A DNA stretch of 64,000 nt, taken from contig OZ245815.1 of the NCBI GenBank assembly GCA_965228425.1, positions 1,090,495 through 1,154,494 of the forward strand, in the 5' to 3' direction. The notes beneath the pieces are model-generated. The model saw only the letters and a list, made by a program, of their open reading frames with translations, did not search any database and was not told where the DNA came from. The stretch's first letter is position 1, and each line of letters starts with the position of its first letter. This DNA is from Alphaproteobacteria bacterium (lineage in GTDB: Bacteria; Pseudomonadota; Alphaproteobacteria; UBA8366). A program made the position numbers and the translations under genes. Shown one piece after another: positions 33,888 to 44,294 of this stretch.

Positions 33888-33992
33888 CTATGGCGCCAAC
33901 AGCAGCTTGATGGCGTAGCCGAGGATGCCGACCGCAGCGACGCCGGCGATCCAAAGGCCGACGAACCACAGCAGCCGGTGCAGCGTGGACAT
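33888..33992 (-). CDS. 34-aa membrane peptide, DUF2474-like, third gene of the cytochrome bd (CIO-type) operon
   Basis: Below the ORF-track size cut-off. The ATG (complement of 33990-33992) shares one nt with the cydB TGA (TGATG). It encodes MSTLHRLLWFVGLWIAGVAAVGILGYAIKLLLAP, and the TAG is at 33888-33890. I verified it codon by codon. Confidence 0.6.
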   Translation of the reverse strand: MSTLHRLLWFVGLWIAGVAAVGILGYAIKLLLAP

Positions 33993-34996
33993 CAGTGATA
34001 TCCCTCGGACGGATCGACCTTGCCGCGGAACACCCAATAGACGTAGGCGGTGTAGCCGAGGATGGTCGGAATCAGGACCGCCGCGCCGATCAGCAAAAAG
34101 AGGAGACTCTTATCCGGCGCGGCCGCCTGCCAGATGGTGATGCTGGTGGGCACCATGTAGGGATAGAAGCTGATCCCGATGCCGGCGTAACAGAGGATGA
34201 ACAGGCCGAGCGCCGCAAGGAACGGCTGCGTGTCGCGCCGGTCCGCGAGCCCGCGGTAGAGCATCCAGGTGCAGGCGAGGAGCAGCGCGGGCACGATCAT
34301 GCTGAACGCCGCGGTCGGCCAGGTAAACCATCGCTCGAGGTATATCGGCCGCAGGAAGGGCGTCCATAGACTGACCGCGCCGATCAGGGCCAGCGTGGCC
34401 ACGCCGGTGACCCAGGCATAGCGGCGGACCTGCCGTTGCAGCACCCCGTCCGTCTTCATGACGAGCCAGGTCGCGCCGAGCAGCGCGTAGCCGATAACGA
34501 GGGCGGCGCCGGTCAAGAGGCTGAAAGGCGTTAGCCAATCCCACCAGCCGCCGGCGTATGCCCGGTTCGCGACCTCGATGCCCTGCACCAGCGCGCCGAG
34601 CGCGATGCCTTGCGAGAAAGCCGCGACAACCGATCCGCCGGCGAAGCTCCAGTCCCAGAGGAACCGGCCGCGCTGCGTCCGCCAGCGGAACTCGAAGGCG
34701 ACTCCCCGGAATATCAGACCGAGAAGCATCGCGATGATCGGGGCGTAGAGCGCGGGCAGGATCGTTGCGTAGGCCAGTGGAAAGACGGCGAACAGCCCGC
34801 CGCCGCCCAGGACGAGCCATGTCTCGTTGCCGTCCCAGACCGGCGCGATCGAGTTCATGGCGACCGCACGGTCGTGCTCGCCCCGGATCAGCGGGAACAG
34901 GATTCCGACGCCCAGGTCGAAGCCGTCGAGAATGACATAGGCAAGGACGGCGAAGGCGATCAGCGCGGCCCAGATGAGGGGAAGATCGAATTCCAT
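33992..34996 (-). CDS. cydB: Cytochrome bd-type quinol oxidase subunit II
   Basis: Trimmed to ATG 34996 (GGGAGGG upstream), giving 334 aa. MEFDLPLIWAALIAFAVLAYVILDGFDLGVGILFP is the canonical CydB N-terminus. Confidence 0.9.
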   Translation of the reverse strand: MEFDLPLIWAALIAFAVLAYVILDGFDLGVGILFPLIRGEHDRAVAMNSIAPVWDGNETWLVLGGGGLFAVFPLAYATILPALYAPIIAMLLGLIFRGVAFEFRWRTQRGRFLWDWSFAGGSVVAAFSQGIALGALVQGIEVANRAYAGGWWDWLTPFSLLTGAALVIGYALLGATWLVMKTDGVLQRQVRRYAWVTGVATLALIGAVSLWTPFLRPIYLERWFTWPTAAFSMIVPALLLACTWMLYRGLADRRDTQPFLAALGLFILCYAGIGISFYPYMVPTSITIWQAAAPDKSLLFLLIGAAVLIPTILGYTAYVYWVFRGKVDPSEGYH

Positions 34997-35000
34997 TCCG

Positions 35001-36419
35001 CTACCCTCCCGTTTCGGCACCGGGACGCCGCGTGCTCAGCACGGCCGGCGCCGGTGTGATGCCGGCGGCGCGGGTCGGGCCGATATCCTCGCCGTCCCCG
35101 GCGATGCCGGGACTCTTTCCCATAAGCCGCAGGATGTAAAAGGTGCCGGCGCCGAAAACGACGGAATAGACCAGGACGAACCCGATTAGCGACGGCCCAA
35201 CGGCGGCGGCGGCCATCGATGACGCGGAATCGTATGTCCGCAGGAGCCCGTGCACCGTCCAGGGTTGCCGCCCGACCTCGGTGGTGACCCATCCGGCCAG
35301 TACGGCGAGAAATCCCGCCGGTCCCATCGCCACGGCCGCGCGCTGCAGCCAGATTGCCTGGAACAGTGTTCCGCGGAAGCGCATCACGGCGCTCCACAAC
35401 CCGATTGCGACCATGGCGAGGCCGACGCCGACCATGATCCGGAAACTCCAGAACACGATGGCGGCGGGCGGCCGGTCCTCCTTTGGCCAGTCGGTCAGGC
35501 CCTGCAGTTCGCCGTCCCAATCATGGGTCAGGATCAGTGACCCCAGTTTCGGAATCTCGATGGCGTATCGCGTTGTCTCGGCTTCGTCGTCCGGCAGGCC
35601 GAACAGGATCAGCGGTGCGCCATTCTGCGTTTGGTAATGTCCCTCCATCGCGGCGATCTTCTGCGGCTGATGTTCGAGGGTGTTGAGACCGTGCAGGTCG
35701 CCCGCGACGACCTGCAACGGCGCTACCAGCAGCGCCATCCACATCGCCATGGAGAAATTGATCTGCGCCCCCCGATCATGCCGGTTGCGCAGCAGATGCC
35801 ACGCGCCGACGGCGCCGACCACAAAGGCGGTTGTCAGGTATGCCGCCATGGTCATATGAACGAAACGATACGGGAAGGACGGATTGAAAACGATCTTCCA
35901 CCAATCGACAGGGATGAACTGCCCGGCGTCGTTGACGGCATATCCGGCTGGCGTGTGCATCCAAGAGTTCGCCGACAGGATCCAAAAAGCGGAGAGCAGC
36001 GTTCCGACGGCAACCATTGTCGTCGCGAAGAAATGCAGTCTCGGTCCGACTCGGTTTCGGCCGAACAGCATGATGCCGAGGAAACCCGCTTCCAGGAAAA
36101 AGGCCGAGAGGACTTCATAGCCCATCAACGGTCCGAGGATCGGGCCGGTCCGGTCGGAGAAGACGCTCCAATTCGTGCCGAACTGGTAGCTCATGACGAT
36201 TCCCGACACCACGCCCATCCCGAAGGCGACGGCGAAGATCTTCTTCCAATAGTCGAAGACCTTCATGTAGCTGTCGTCGCCGGTGCGAAGCCACAACGCC
36301 TCTAAAACCGCCAGGAAACTGGCCAATCCGATGGTGAAGGACGGAAAGATGATATGGGCGGAAACGGTGAAGGCGAACTGGATGCGCGCCAGCAGTATGG
36401 GGTCCAGATGGTCGAACAT
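35001..36419 (-). CDS. cydA: Cytochrome bd-type quinol oxidase subunit I (short Q-loop, cyanide-insensitive oxidase-like)
   Basis: 472 aa. LLARIQFAFTVSAHIIFPSFTIGLA..., GWVTTEVGRQPW. The length indicates a short Q-loop. Confidence 0.92.
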   Translation of the reverse strand: MFDHLDPILLARIQFAFTVSAHIIFPSFTIGLASFLAVLEALWLRTGDDSYMKVFDYWKKIFAVAFGMGVVSGIVMSYQFGTNWSVFSDRTGPILGPLMGYEVLSAFFLEAGFLGIMLFGRNRVGPRLHFFATTMVAVGTLLSAFWILSANSWMHTPAGYAVNDAGQFIPVDWWKIVFNPSFPYRFVHMTMAAYLTTAFVVGAVGAWHLLRNRHDRGAQINFSMAMWMALLVAPLQVVAGDLHGLNTLEHQPQKIAAMEGHYQTQNGAPLILFGLPDDEAETTRYAIEIPKLGSLILTHDWDGELQGLTDWPKEDRPPAAIVFWSFRIMVGVGLAMVAIGLWSAVMRFRGTLFQAIWLQRAAVAMGPAGFLAVLAGWVTTEVGRQPWTVHGLLRTYDSASSMAAAAVGPSLIGFVLVYSVVFGAGTFYILRLMGKSPGIAGDGEDIGPTRAAGITPAPAVLSTRRPGAETGG

Positions 36420-36571
36420 CGCTTCGCTCTCCGTGCGGCAACAGGTCCGGAGCTATGGACACGGCAAACGTATGCCGTGGGACGATCCGATCAACCGGGG
36501 AAACCGCGTCCAATTGCCTCAAGCCGCGGGAAACGACGCGACCCATTGACGCGGTGCCCGGTTTTCCGGCC

Positions 36572-38182
36572 CTAGGGTAGTTTGTAGTCTGCGAAGCGGG
36601 CGCGCAACGCCGTCTTCTGGAACTTGCCTGTCGAGGTGCGTGGGATCTCGTCGATGAATTCGACCGCGTCCGGAATCCACCACTTGGCGAATGATTCACC
36701 GATGAACGATTGTACCGCCTCGGCGGTGAGCGCCGATCCGTCCTCGGTGACGACACAGGCGAGCGGACGTTCGACCCATCGGTCGTGCGGGATCGCGATC
36801 ACCGCGGCCTCACGGATTTCCGGGTGACCCATCAGCGCGTTTTCGACATCCACCGAGCTGATCCATTCGCCGCCGGATTTGATCAAATCCTTGGTGCGGT
36901 CGGTGATCTTGACATAGCCCTCGGCGTCGACGGTCACCACGTCGCCGGTTCGGAACCAGCCGTCATCGGTCCAACTGTCGATGTCACCCTCGGGATTGTA
37001 ATAGGAACTGGCGATCCACGGCCCGCGCACCTGCAACTCGCCCATGGTTTCGCCGTCCCAAGGCGCCGGACCGTCGTCGCCCATAACCCGGATATCGACG
37101 AAGGGTAAGGGGATGCCCTGTTTCGCCAGAGTGGAGAATTGCTCGTCCTCGGTCATCCGGTCGAAGGCGGGCTTCGGGACGCCGGTCGTGCCGACCGGGG
37201 TCATCTCGGTCATGCCCCAGGCATGGATGACCTGGTGCCCCAAACCGTTGAAGTCCCGGATCATCGATTCCGGCGCGGCCGACCCGCCGATGATGACCTT
37301 GAGGTCGGGCCGAAGAGAAAAATCCTGCGGCCGCCGCTTCAGCGCGTCGAGCACCGGCAGCCAGATCGTCGGGACGCCGGCGGTCAGCGTGACGCCTTCG
37401 TCGCCCAGAAGCTCCAACACGCTGTCCGCATCCGCATGGGGGCCGGCGAAAACGATCTTCGATCCGGCCATGACCGCGGCGACCGGCATGCCCCAGGCAT
37501 TCGCATGAAACATCGGCACGATCGGCAGGATGCAATCGCGCATCGACAGGCCGAACACATCGGGCGCGTTCACGGCAAAGGTATGAAGGACCATGCCCCG
37601 ATGACTGTAGGCGACGCCTTTCGGTTTGCCCGTCGTGCCGGACGTGTAGCACATGCCGCAGGCGTCGTTCTCGTCGATCGCGGGGTAGTCGAAATCGCCG
37701 GTCGCGGTCGCAACGAGGTCTTCATAGTCTTCCATTCCGGCCGGCAGTTCACCGCCGCTGCGGACGACGAAGATGCGCTCGAAATCGACCTTGTCCTTGA
37801 ACCCGTCCAGGATCGGCAGCAGGTCCTGGTCGACGACCAGGAAGCGGTCGCCGGCGTGGCGCGCGATGTAGGCCAGTTCGTCGGCATGAAGCCGCAGGTT
37901 CAGGGTGTGCAGCACGCCGCCGGCACAGGGGACGCCGAAATAGGCTTCCAGATGGGTCGCATTGTTCCAGCACAGCGTGCCGACACGGTCGCCGGGTTTC
38001 AGCCCGGCCGTGAGCAGCGCTTCGGCGAGCAGGCGTGCGCGTTTGTAGAAATCCGCGAAGGTGCAGCGATGGACCGACCGGTCGGACTGACGCGAGACGA
38101 TCTCCTGCGCGCCGTGCAGCCGCCCGGCATGCTCCAGGATCGTCGGGAGCGTCAACGGGTAGTCCATGATCGTGCCGCGCAT
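36572..38182 (-). CDS. AMP-dependent acyl-CoA synthetase / fatty-acid-CoA ligase
   Basis: Trimmed to ATG 38182 (GGGAGGA upstream), giving 536 aa. YTSGTTGKPKGV is the AMP-binding motif; GWFRTGDV and KSGGEWIS also match. Confidence 0.88.
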   Translation of the reverse strand: MRGTIMDYPLTLPTILEHAGRLHGAQEIVSRQSDRSVHRCTFADFYKRARLLAEALLTAGLKPGDRVGTLCWNNATHLEAYFGVPCAGGVLHTLNLRLHADELAYIARHAGDRFLVVDQDLLPILDGFKDKVDFERIFVVRSGGELPAGMEDYEDLVATATGDFDYPAIDENDACGMCYTSGTTGKPKGVAYSHRGMVLHTFAVNAPDVFGLSMRDCILPIVPMFHANAWGMPVAAVMAGSKIVFAGPHADADSVLELLGDEGVTLTAGVPTIWLPVLDALKRRPQDFSLRPDLKVIIGGSAAPESMIRDFNGLGHQVIHAWGMTEMTPVGTTGVPKPAFDRMTEDEQFSTLAKQGIPLPFVDIRVMGDDGPAPWDGETMGELQVRGPWIASSYYNPEGDIDSWTDDGWFRTGDVVTVDAEGYVKITDRTKDLIKSGGEWISSVDVENALMGHPEIREAAVIAIPHDRWVERPLACVVTEDGSALTAEAVQSFIGESFAKWWIPDAVEFIDEIPRTSTGKFQKTALRARFADYKLP

Positions 38183-38346
38183 TCCATCCTCCCGATCGCG
38201 GCCGTTTCTTTCTGGGGCCGGTCCGCGCGTCCAACCATAGCACCGGGGAATACCGACCCCAAAAGGCGAATGACAGGTGATGCATTTGCCGCAGGCTGCG
38301 TCGGCCCTGTATAGGAAAGTCCTCACTATCGAAGGGGCACTTCGCC

Positions 38347-39120
38347 ATGCCGGAGTTCGAGACGATCGACTACGTCGTGACCGACCGGGTCGCTGAAATC
38401 ACCATGCGCCGGGCGCCGGTGAATGCGATCAACCATGCGCTGATCGACGATATTCTTGCGGCCTATCAATTGGCGCGGGATGACGAAAGGGTGCGCGCGA
38501 TCATCCTGACCAGCGCGTACGATACGGCGTTCAGCGCCGGCATGGATTTGGCGATGATCCGGGGCGGCAGTGGTCTCGACCTGCGCCGGTTCCTGGAGAA
38601 GCTCTACTTCGGGATGCACGACATCCAATACCGGATGGGCAAGCCGACCATCGCCGCGTTGACCGGCCCGGCCCGGGCAGCGGGCGTAACCTTGGCCGTT
38701 TCCTGCGACGTGCTGATCGCCAGCGAGCGGGCCAGCATCGGCTATCCGGAAATCGACGTCGGCGTGATTCCCGCAATGCATTTCGTTCACCTGCCGCGCC
38801 AGATTGGGCGGCATAAGGCGTTCGAGATGCTGTTCGGCGGCAAGCCGATTTCAGCCGCCGAAGCCGAGCGTCATGGCCTGGTCAACCGCGTGGTGCCGCA
38901 GGACGACGTGATGACGGAGGCACGGGCGCTGGCACAGGAATTCGCCGCCAAATCCCCGGTCGTCATGCAACTCGCCCGTGATGCCTTTCTGCGGGCCAAT
39001 GACTTCGAATACCGCCGTGCGATAGAGAATACGGTCGAGACGATCTGCAATATCATCGCGACCGACGACGCGCAGGAAGGCCTCGCCGCCTTCAACGAGA
39101 AACGCAAACCGAACTGGTAA
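38347..39120 (+). CDS. Enoyl-CoA hydratase/isomerase (crotonase) family
   Basis: 257 aa. VAEITMRRAPVNAI, FSAGMDL and GPARAAGVTLAVSCD match the family. It is divergent from the acyl-CoA synthetase across 164 bp. Confidence 0.88.
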   Translation: MPEFETIDYVVTDRVAEITMRRAPVNAINHALIDDILAAYQLARDDERVRAIILTSAYDTAFSAGMDLAMIRGGSGLDLRRFLEKLYFGMHDIQYRMGKPTIAALTGPARAAGVTLAVSCDVLIASERASIGYPEIDVGVIPAMHFVHLPRQIGRHKAFEMLFGGKPISAAEAERHGLVNRVVPQDDVMTEARALAQEFAAKSPVVMQLARDAFLRANDFEYRRAIENTVETICNIIATDDAQEGLAAFNEKRKPNW

Positions 39121-39123
39121 GTA

Positions 39124-40029
39124 TCAGCGGCGGAACCACGCGATATACGCTTTGATTCCGTCCTCGATCGTCCATTCGGGTGTCCAACCCAGGTCCTGTT
39201 CGGCGGCGCTGAGGTCCAGCCGCTCGCGGACCGGGTCGTCCGGGTTGCCGCGTATTTCGATGTCGGCGGTCCGGAATTCGGACCACACCAGTTCGGCTAT
39301 CTGTTCCATCGACGGGTAGTCGGGGCCGGCGACGTTATAGGCGTATTGCGGCGGTGTGGGCGCGTCCAGGGCCGCGACCGTCGCGGCGGCGACATCAGCC
39401 ACGTAGACAAAAGGCCATCGCCGTCCGGCGCCGGTCGGCAAGCGTGTGGGTCGCCCGGCCACGGCATCCTCGATCATCGTCCGGATGACGCAGTCGGTGG
39501 CCCGCCTCGGCCCGTACACGGTGGAGTAGCGCAGTCCGATGGCGTCCAGCCCGTATTCCGCACGATAGGCCGCAAGGACATGATCCGACGCCGCCTTGGT
39601 CGCGCCGTAGACGCTTTCCGGCCGCAGCGTCGCGTCTTCGCGCACCGGTCCATTGTCCATGGCGCCGTAGGCGGACACGGACGAACAGTAGACGAAGCGT
39701 TCGATGCCGTGTCGATACGCCGCTTCGGCAAGGTCGAGCGTCGAAACGACGTTTGTCGTCGTGATGTGATGCGGCGCGTCGCGCGAGAGCATCGGCCCGG
39801 AGATTCCGCCGGCGTGGACGATCTTCGTAATGCCATACTGTTCGAGAAGCGCCGATGTCGCGTGAAAATCTCCGAAGCCCGTATCGAGATAGGTCACGCC
39901 CGGCAGTCGATCGGGCGGCGGCGCGGGGTCCAGCCCCACCACCCGGTCGCCGCGGGCGGTGAGCAGCCCGATCAAAGGATTGCCGACGAGGCCGCTCGAT
40001 CCGGTAACCAAAACGGTATCCGCCGTCAT
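39124..40029 (-). CDS. NAD-dependent epimerase/dehydratase (extended SDR)
   Basis: VLVTGSSGLVGNPL is the Gly-rich motif and YGATKAASD is YxxxK. I prefer ATG 40029 (GGAG 8 nt upstream); ATG 40044 is possible. Confidence 0.85.
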   Translation of the reverse strand: MTADTVLVTGSSGLVGNPLIGLLTARGDRVVGLDPAPPPDRLPGVTYLDTGFGDFHATSALLEQYGITKIVHAGGISGPMLSRDAPHHITTTNVVSTLDLAEAAYRHGIERFVYCSSVSAYGAMDNGPVREDATLRPESVYGATKAASDHVLAAYRAEYGLDAIGLRYSTVYGPRRATDCVIRTMIEDAVAGRPTRLPTGAGRRWPFVYVADVAAATVAALDAPTPPQYAYNVAGPDYPSMEQIAELVWSEFRTADIEIRGNPDDPVRERLDLSAAEQDLGWTPEWTIEDGIKAYIAWFRR

Positions 40030-40171
40030 TGTTGTCGCTCCCATTGTCCAACGGCCGCGAACACCGTTCGACCGCGGCTGGTAACCAAATATTCACCATA
40101 ACTATCTAACAATCGGAGATGCATATCAGGCGGTTCACCTATCCGCCTAAAATTTTTCACGCAGGCTAATA

Positions 40172-42571
40172 GTGTTGAGCGATATTTCGATGGGATTTTC
40201 GGTCCGGCACATCGATCGAATTCTGAAGCGATGTGCCGTCTGCATACTCTTTGTCTTGTGCGTTCAATCGGCCTCGTTCGCGGCGCCGACCGGTTCCGCT
40301 GCGCATTCCAAGGCGCCGGAGTTTCATATCTATCGTGTTCTCTTCATCAGCTCCTACCACGCATCTTTTCCATCGTTTTTGAAGCAGTTGGACGGAATTC
40401 GGGCCGGTTTCCGCGAGTCAGGGTTCGAAAACTGGAACATCGCGGTCGACGTGGAATTCATGGACAGCAAGCGCTTCCCCTATCGGGCTGCCGCGACCCG
40501 GCTTAGAGATACGCTGAAATCCAAGTTTGCGACTCTGCCACCGTACGATCTGGTTATCGTCGGCGACGACAATGCGCTGAGTTTCTCCCGCGAGCATGCA
40601 AAATCGCTGCTGAAGGGGATGCCGGTCGTCTTTCTCGGCGTGAACGATCGCAAGCGTGCAGTGGCATTGAGCGGGAACGGGAGCACGACCGGCGTTGTGG
40701 AATCCCGGTCGCTGCGCGAGACGATCCAGGGCATGCAACGCCTCTACCCGGCGGCGAAGTCCTTTCATCTTCTTGTGGACCGCACCCGGACCGGACGGAT
40801 CAACAGCGCAGCGGCGAAACGTGAGGCGGCACGGTTTCCGGCGGTCGACTTTCACTATATCGATGTGGGCGAATTGGGTTACGACGAGGCATTCGAACGG
40901 TTGCGTTTGCTGCCCCCTGATGAGCCCTTGCTTATCCTAAGCGCGTACCGGGACAAAAGTGGCCGAGCGCTCTCCTTTCCGGAAATGCTCCATTCCGTCC
41001 AGACGGTCTATCGCGGCGCCATCTTTGCCCTGCAGGAACACGGTATCGGGCAGGGCGTGTTGGGTGGCAGGATTGTCAGCCATTTCGAACAGGGACGGGT
41101 CGCGGCGACGCTCGCGGCGAGGGTGCTTCGGGGCGACGCCATCGCGTCCGTACCCGTCGTATCCGAAAGCCCCAACGTGTTCGTGTTCGACTATTCTCAG
41201 TTGCGCCGTTTGGGTCTCGACCGCACTCGATTGCCGGCGGGTGCGCAGATCGTGAATCAACCGGTCAGCGTTTTCGATACGAATCCGCTTCTGATGATTG
41301 GCGGCGTGGCGTTCTTGATCCTGCAGACGGGGGTGATCGTGGCGTTGGTGGTGACCGTACAGCATCGCCGCCGCGCCGAATCGGAATTGCGGGAAGCGAT
41401 GCAGGAGGCGGCACAGGCAAACGCCGCCAAGACGGAATTTCTGTCGAATATGAGCCATGAGTTGCGGACCCCGTTGAACAGTATTATCGGGTTCGGCCAG
41501 ATCATCGAGATGTCGCCCAAACCGCTGCAGACCGAAACGTTGAAGGAATACGCGTCCCATATTACGAACGGCGGCCAGCACCTTCTGAAGCTTATCAATG
41601 AGGTGTTGGATCTCGCCAAGGTCGAAGCCGGCCATCAGGACCTCTCGATCGAGAGTTTCGACCCGGCCGAGGCGATTACGCGGGCACTGAATATGATCCG
41701 CGCGTCCGCGGATAAACGGGGGGTCACGGTCGACGGCTTCCACGGGCTAAAGGGCAGTTATACGATTTTCGCCGACCGCATGCGGTTTCAACAGGTGTTG
41801 CTCAATCTTCTCTCCAATGCCGTGAAATACAATCGCGACGGCGGCCGCGTGACACTGACCGCCGAACACCGCAAGGGCGGCTCGGTCCGGTTCACGGTGG
41901 TGGATACCGGCAAGGGCATTCCCGAGAAATGTTTGGAAGGACTGTTCGAGCCCTTCGAACGATTGGGCGAACAATACGGCGATGTCGAAGGGACCGGGAT
42001 CGGCCTTACGATTTCCAAGAAGATGATTGAGAAGATGGGCGGCGAGATCGGCGTGGAAAGCGTGGTCGGGCATGGCAGCGCATTCTGGGTCGAACTGCCG
42101 CGTGGAGAGACCTTCGGTACGGCTCTGGAGCCCGCGGACGACACGGCGGCCGAAGCCATCGCGGGGCCGGGCGCGACCCCCTGCGAGATACTGTATATCG
42201 AGGACAACGCATTCAACTTGCGTGTTTTGGAAGCGATGTTCGGCGAATTTCCCGGTTACCGGTTGCGGACAGCGACCGATGGCGAGAGCGGCCTCGAAGC
42301 GGCGCGCGCCCGGCGCCCGGATATGATCCTCCTCGACATCAATCTGCCGGGCATCGATGGCATTGAAACGGCGGATCTGATGCGGCGTGATCCGACGTTG
42401 GCGGATGTGCCCATCATCGCGGTCAGCGCCAACGCCATGGATTGGGAGATCGATCGCGCCCGCGACGCGGATTTCGATTCCTACATCACCAAACCCATCG
42501 ACGTGCAGATATTGCGCCGGGAATTGGCGACCTGGTCGCGCGGCCGGTCGCCTGACCGTGCGAGCGCGTAA
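40172..42571 (+). CDS. Hybrid sensor histidine kinase / response regulator with periplasmic substrate-binding-protein-like sensor domain
   Basis: 799 aa, GTG start. A signal/anchor is followed by a ~330-aa periplasmic domain resembling ABC-type substrate-binding-like sensors, then TM LLMIGGVAFLILQTGVIVALVV. HisKA is SHELRTPLNSI, HATPase is DTGKGIP...GTGIGLTISKK, and REC is ILYIEDNAFN...DMILLDINLPGIDG. Confidence 0.88.
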   Translation: MLSDISMGFSVRHIDRILKRCAVCILFVLCVQSASFAAPTGSAAHSKAPEFHIYRVLFISSYHASFPSFLKQLDGIRAGFRESGFENWNIAVDVEFMDSKRFPYRAAATRLRDTLKSKFATLPPYDLVIVGDDNALSFSREHAKSLLKGMPVVFLGVNDRKRAVALSGNGSTTGVVESRSLRETIQGMQRLYPAAKSFHLLVDRTRTGRINSAAAKREAARFPAVDFHYIDVGELGYDEAFERLRLLPPDEPLLILSAYRDKSGRALSFPEMLHSVQTVYRGAIFALQEHGIGQGVLGGRIVSHFEQGRVAATLAARVLRGDAIASVPVVSESPNVFVFDYSQLRRLGLDRTRLPAGAQIVNQPVSVFDTNPLLMIGGVAFLILQTGVIVALVVTVQHRRRAESELREAMQEAAQANAAKTEFLSNMSHELRTPLNSIIGFGQIIEMSPKPLQTETLKEYASHITNGGQHLLKLINEVLDLAKVEAGHQDLSIESFDPAEAITRALNMIRASADKRGVTVDGFHGLKGSYTIFADRMRFQQVLLNLLSNAVKYNRDGGRVTLTAEHRKGGSVRFTVVDTGKGIPEKCLEGLFEPFERLGEQYGDVEGTGIGLTISKKMIEKMGGEIGVESVVGHGSAFWVELPRGETFGTALEPADDTAAEAIAGPGATPCEILYIEDNAFNLRVLEAMFGEFPGYRLRTATDGESGLEAARARRPDMILLDINLPGIDGIETADLMRRDPTLADVPIIAVSANAMDWEIDRARDADFDSYITKPIDVQILRRELATWSRGRSPDRASA

Positions 42572-42577
42572 ACCGCG

Positions 42578-44095
42578 TCACTTCCAGATTTTGGTGCCGC
42601 TGCCGGGCAGGCCGAGGTCTTGCCACATGGCGTCGACCTTTTCGATCACGGCGTCGGACATGCGGATTTCCGTGCCCCATTCCCGGCTGACCTCCGACGG
42701 CATCTTGTTCGTCGCGTCGAGGCCGATCTTGGAGCCGAGGCCGGAGACGGGGCTGGCGAAGTCGAGATAGTCGATCGGCGTGCCCTCGATCACCGTTATG
42801 TCGCGCGCCGGGTCCATCCGGGTAGCGACGGCCCACATCACGTCTTTCCAGTCGCGGGCGTCGATCTCGGCGTCGACCACGATCACCCATTTCGTGTAGG
42901 TGAATTGCCGCAGATAGGACCAGACCCCCATCATGACGCGCTTGGCGTGGCCGGGATACGCCTTACGGATCGAGACCACTGCGATGCGATAGGAACAACC
43001 CTCCGGCGGCAGCCAGAAATCCTCGATTTCCGGGAATTGCTGCTGCATCAGCGGGATGAAGACCTCGTTCAACGCCTCGCCGAGGACGCTGGGTTCGTCC
43101 GGCGGCCGCCCGGTGAAGGTCGACAGGTAAATCGGATCGCGCCGCATGGTGATCGCGCTGATCCTGAAAACCGGAAATCGCTCGACCGAATTGTAGTAAC
43201 CGGTATGGTCGCCGTAAGGACCTTCGTCGCCGTATTCATCGAGGCTGACATGCCCTTCGATGACGATCTCGGCGTTGGCCGGAACCTTCAGCGGCACGGT
43301 CTTGCAGTCCACCAGCTCGGTGCGCTTTCCCCGCAGCAGGCCCGCAAAATGATACTCCGACATCGTATCCGGCACCGGCGTGACGGCGGCGAGGATGCTG
43401 GCGGGGTCCGCGCCGATCACGGCGGCGGCGGGCAACGGCTCGGCCTTTGTGTCTTTCCACCGCGCATGATGTTGTGCGCCGCCGCGATGCTTGAGCCAGC
43501 GCATCAGGGTGGTGTCCCGGCCGGTCACCTGCATGCGGTAGATGCCGAGGTTGAAGTCGTCTTCGCGCCGGCCACCGGGGCCTTTGGTGACGACCAGCGG
43601 CCAGGTGATCAGCGGTGCGGGCTCGCCCGGCCAACAGGTCTGCACCGGCAGCTTGGCGAGATCGATTTCGTCGCCCCGCCATGCGACCTCCTGGCAGTCG
43701 GCGCGCGAAACCGTTTTGGGCTTCATGGTCATTGCCGACTTAAGGAGCGGCAGTTTGTCGATGGCGTCGCGCACGCCGCCGGGCGGTTCCGGTTGGCGCA
43801 GCGCGGCCAAGGTTTCGCCGAGCGCCCGCAATTGGTCCGGTGCGCGGCCCATGCCGGCGGCGACCCGGTCGACGGTCCCGAACAGGTTGACCAGCACGGG
43901 CATGGCTTGCGGGTTACCCTCGCCGTCGACGGGATTTTCGAACAGGACGGCAGGGCCGTTTTCCGCCAGCAGGCGAGTCTGAATTTCGGTCATCTCCAGC
44001 ACCGTGGAGACGGGATGCGGGACGCGCACGAGCCGACCGTCCGCTTCCAGGGCGGCGATGAAATCGCGCAGTGATGCATACGGTTTCGATGACAT
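42578..44095 (-). CDS. ubiD: UbiD-family (prenyl-FMN dependent) decarboxylase, 4-hydroxy-3-polyprenylbenzoate decarboxylase-like
   Basis: 505 aa. [20 protein letters not shown]...[20 protein letters not shown] is the typical UbiD N-terminus. ubiA lies 2.4 kb away. Confidence 0.88.
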   Translation of the reverse strand: MSSKPYASLRDFIAALEADGRLVRVPHPVSTVLEMTEIQTRLLAENGPAVLFENPVDGEGNPQAMPVLVNLFGTVDRVAAGMGRAPDQLRALGETLAALRQPEPPGGVRDAIDKLPLLKSAMTMKPKTVSRADCQEVAWRGDEIDLAKLPVQTCWPGEPAPLITWPLVVTKGPGGRREDDFNLGIYRMQVTGRDTTLMRWLKHRGGAQHHARWKDTKAEPLPAAAVIGADPASILAAVTPVPDTMSEYHFAGLLRGKRTELVDCKTVPLKVPANAEIVIEGHVSLDEYGDEGPYGDHTGYYNSVERFPVFRISAITMRRDPIYLSTFTGRPPDEPSVLGEALNEVFIPLMQQQFPEIEDFWLPPEGCSYRIAVVSIRKAYPGHAKRVMMGVWSYLRQFTYTKWVIVVDAEIDARDWKDVMWAVATRMDPARDITVIEGTPIDYLDFASPVSGLGSKIGLDATNKMPSEVSREWGTEIRMSDAVIEKVDAMWQDLGLPGSGTKIWK

Positions 44096-44294
44096 GGCCG
44101 CACCCTAACGCGCCGGTTGCCGGTTGGCCATCGCTGCCCGCCCGCCGGCGCGGCGGGACGGCGTGAGCGGCCGGGACCTGTTCGGAACGGCGCAAATTCA
44201 GCATGCCGGGGACGCCAGAGTGCGTTACTTGACCACACCGGACTGTCCTGCTCGACTATGTGTTTCGCGAGCTTTTTCGCTTCTGGGAGCATGT

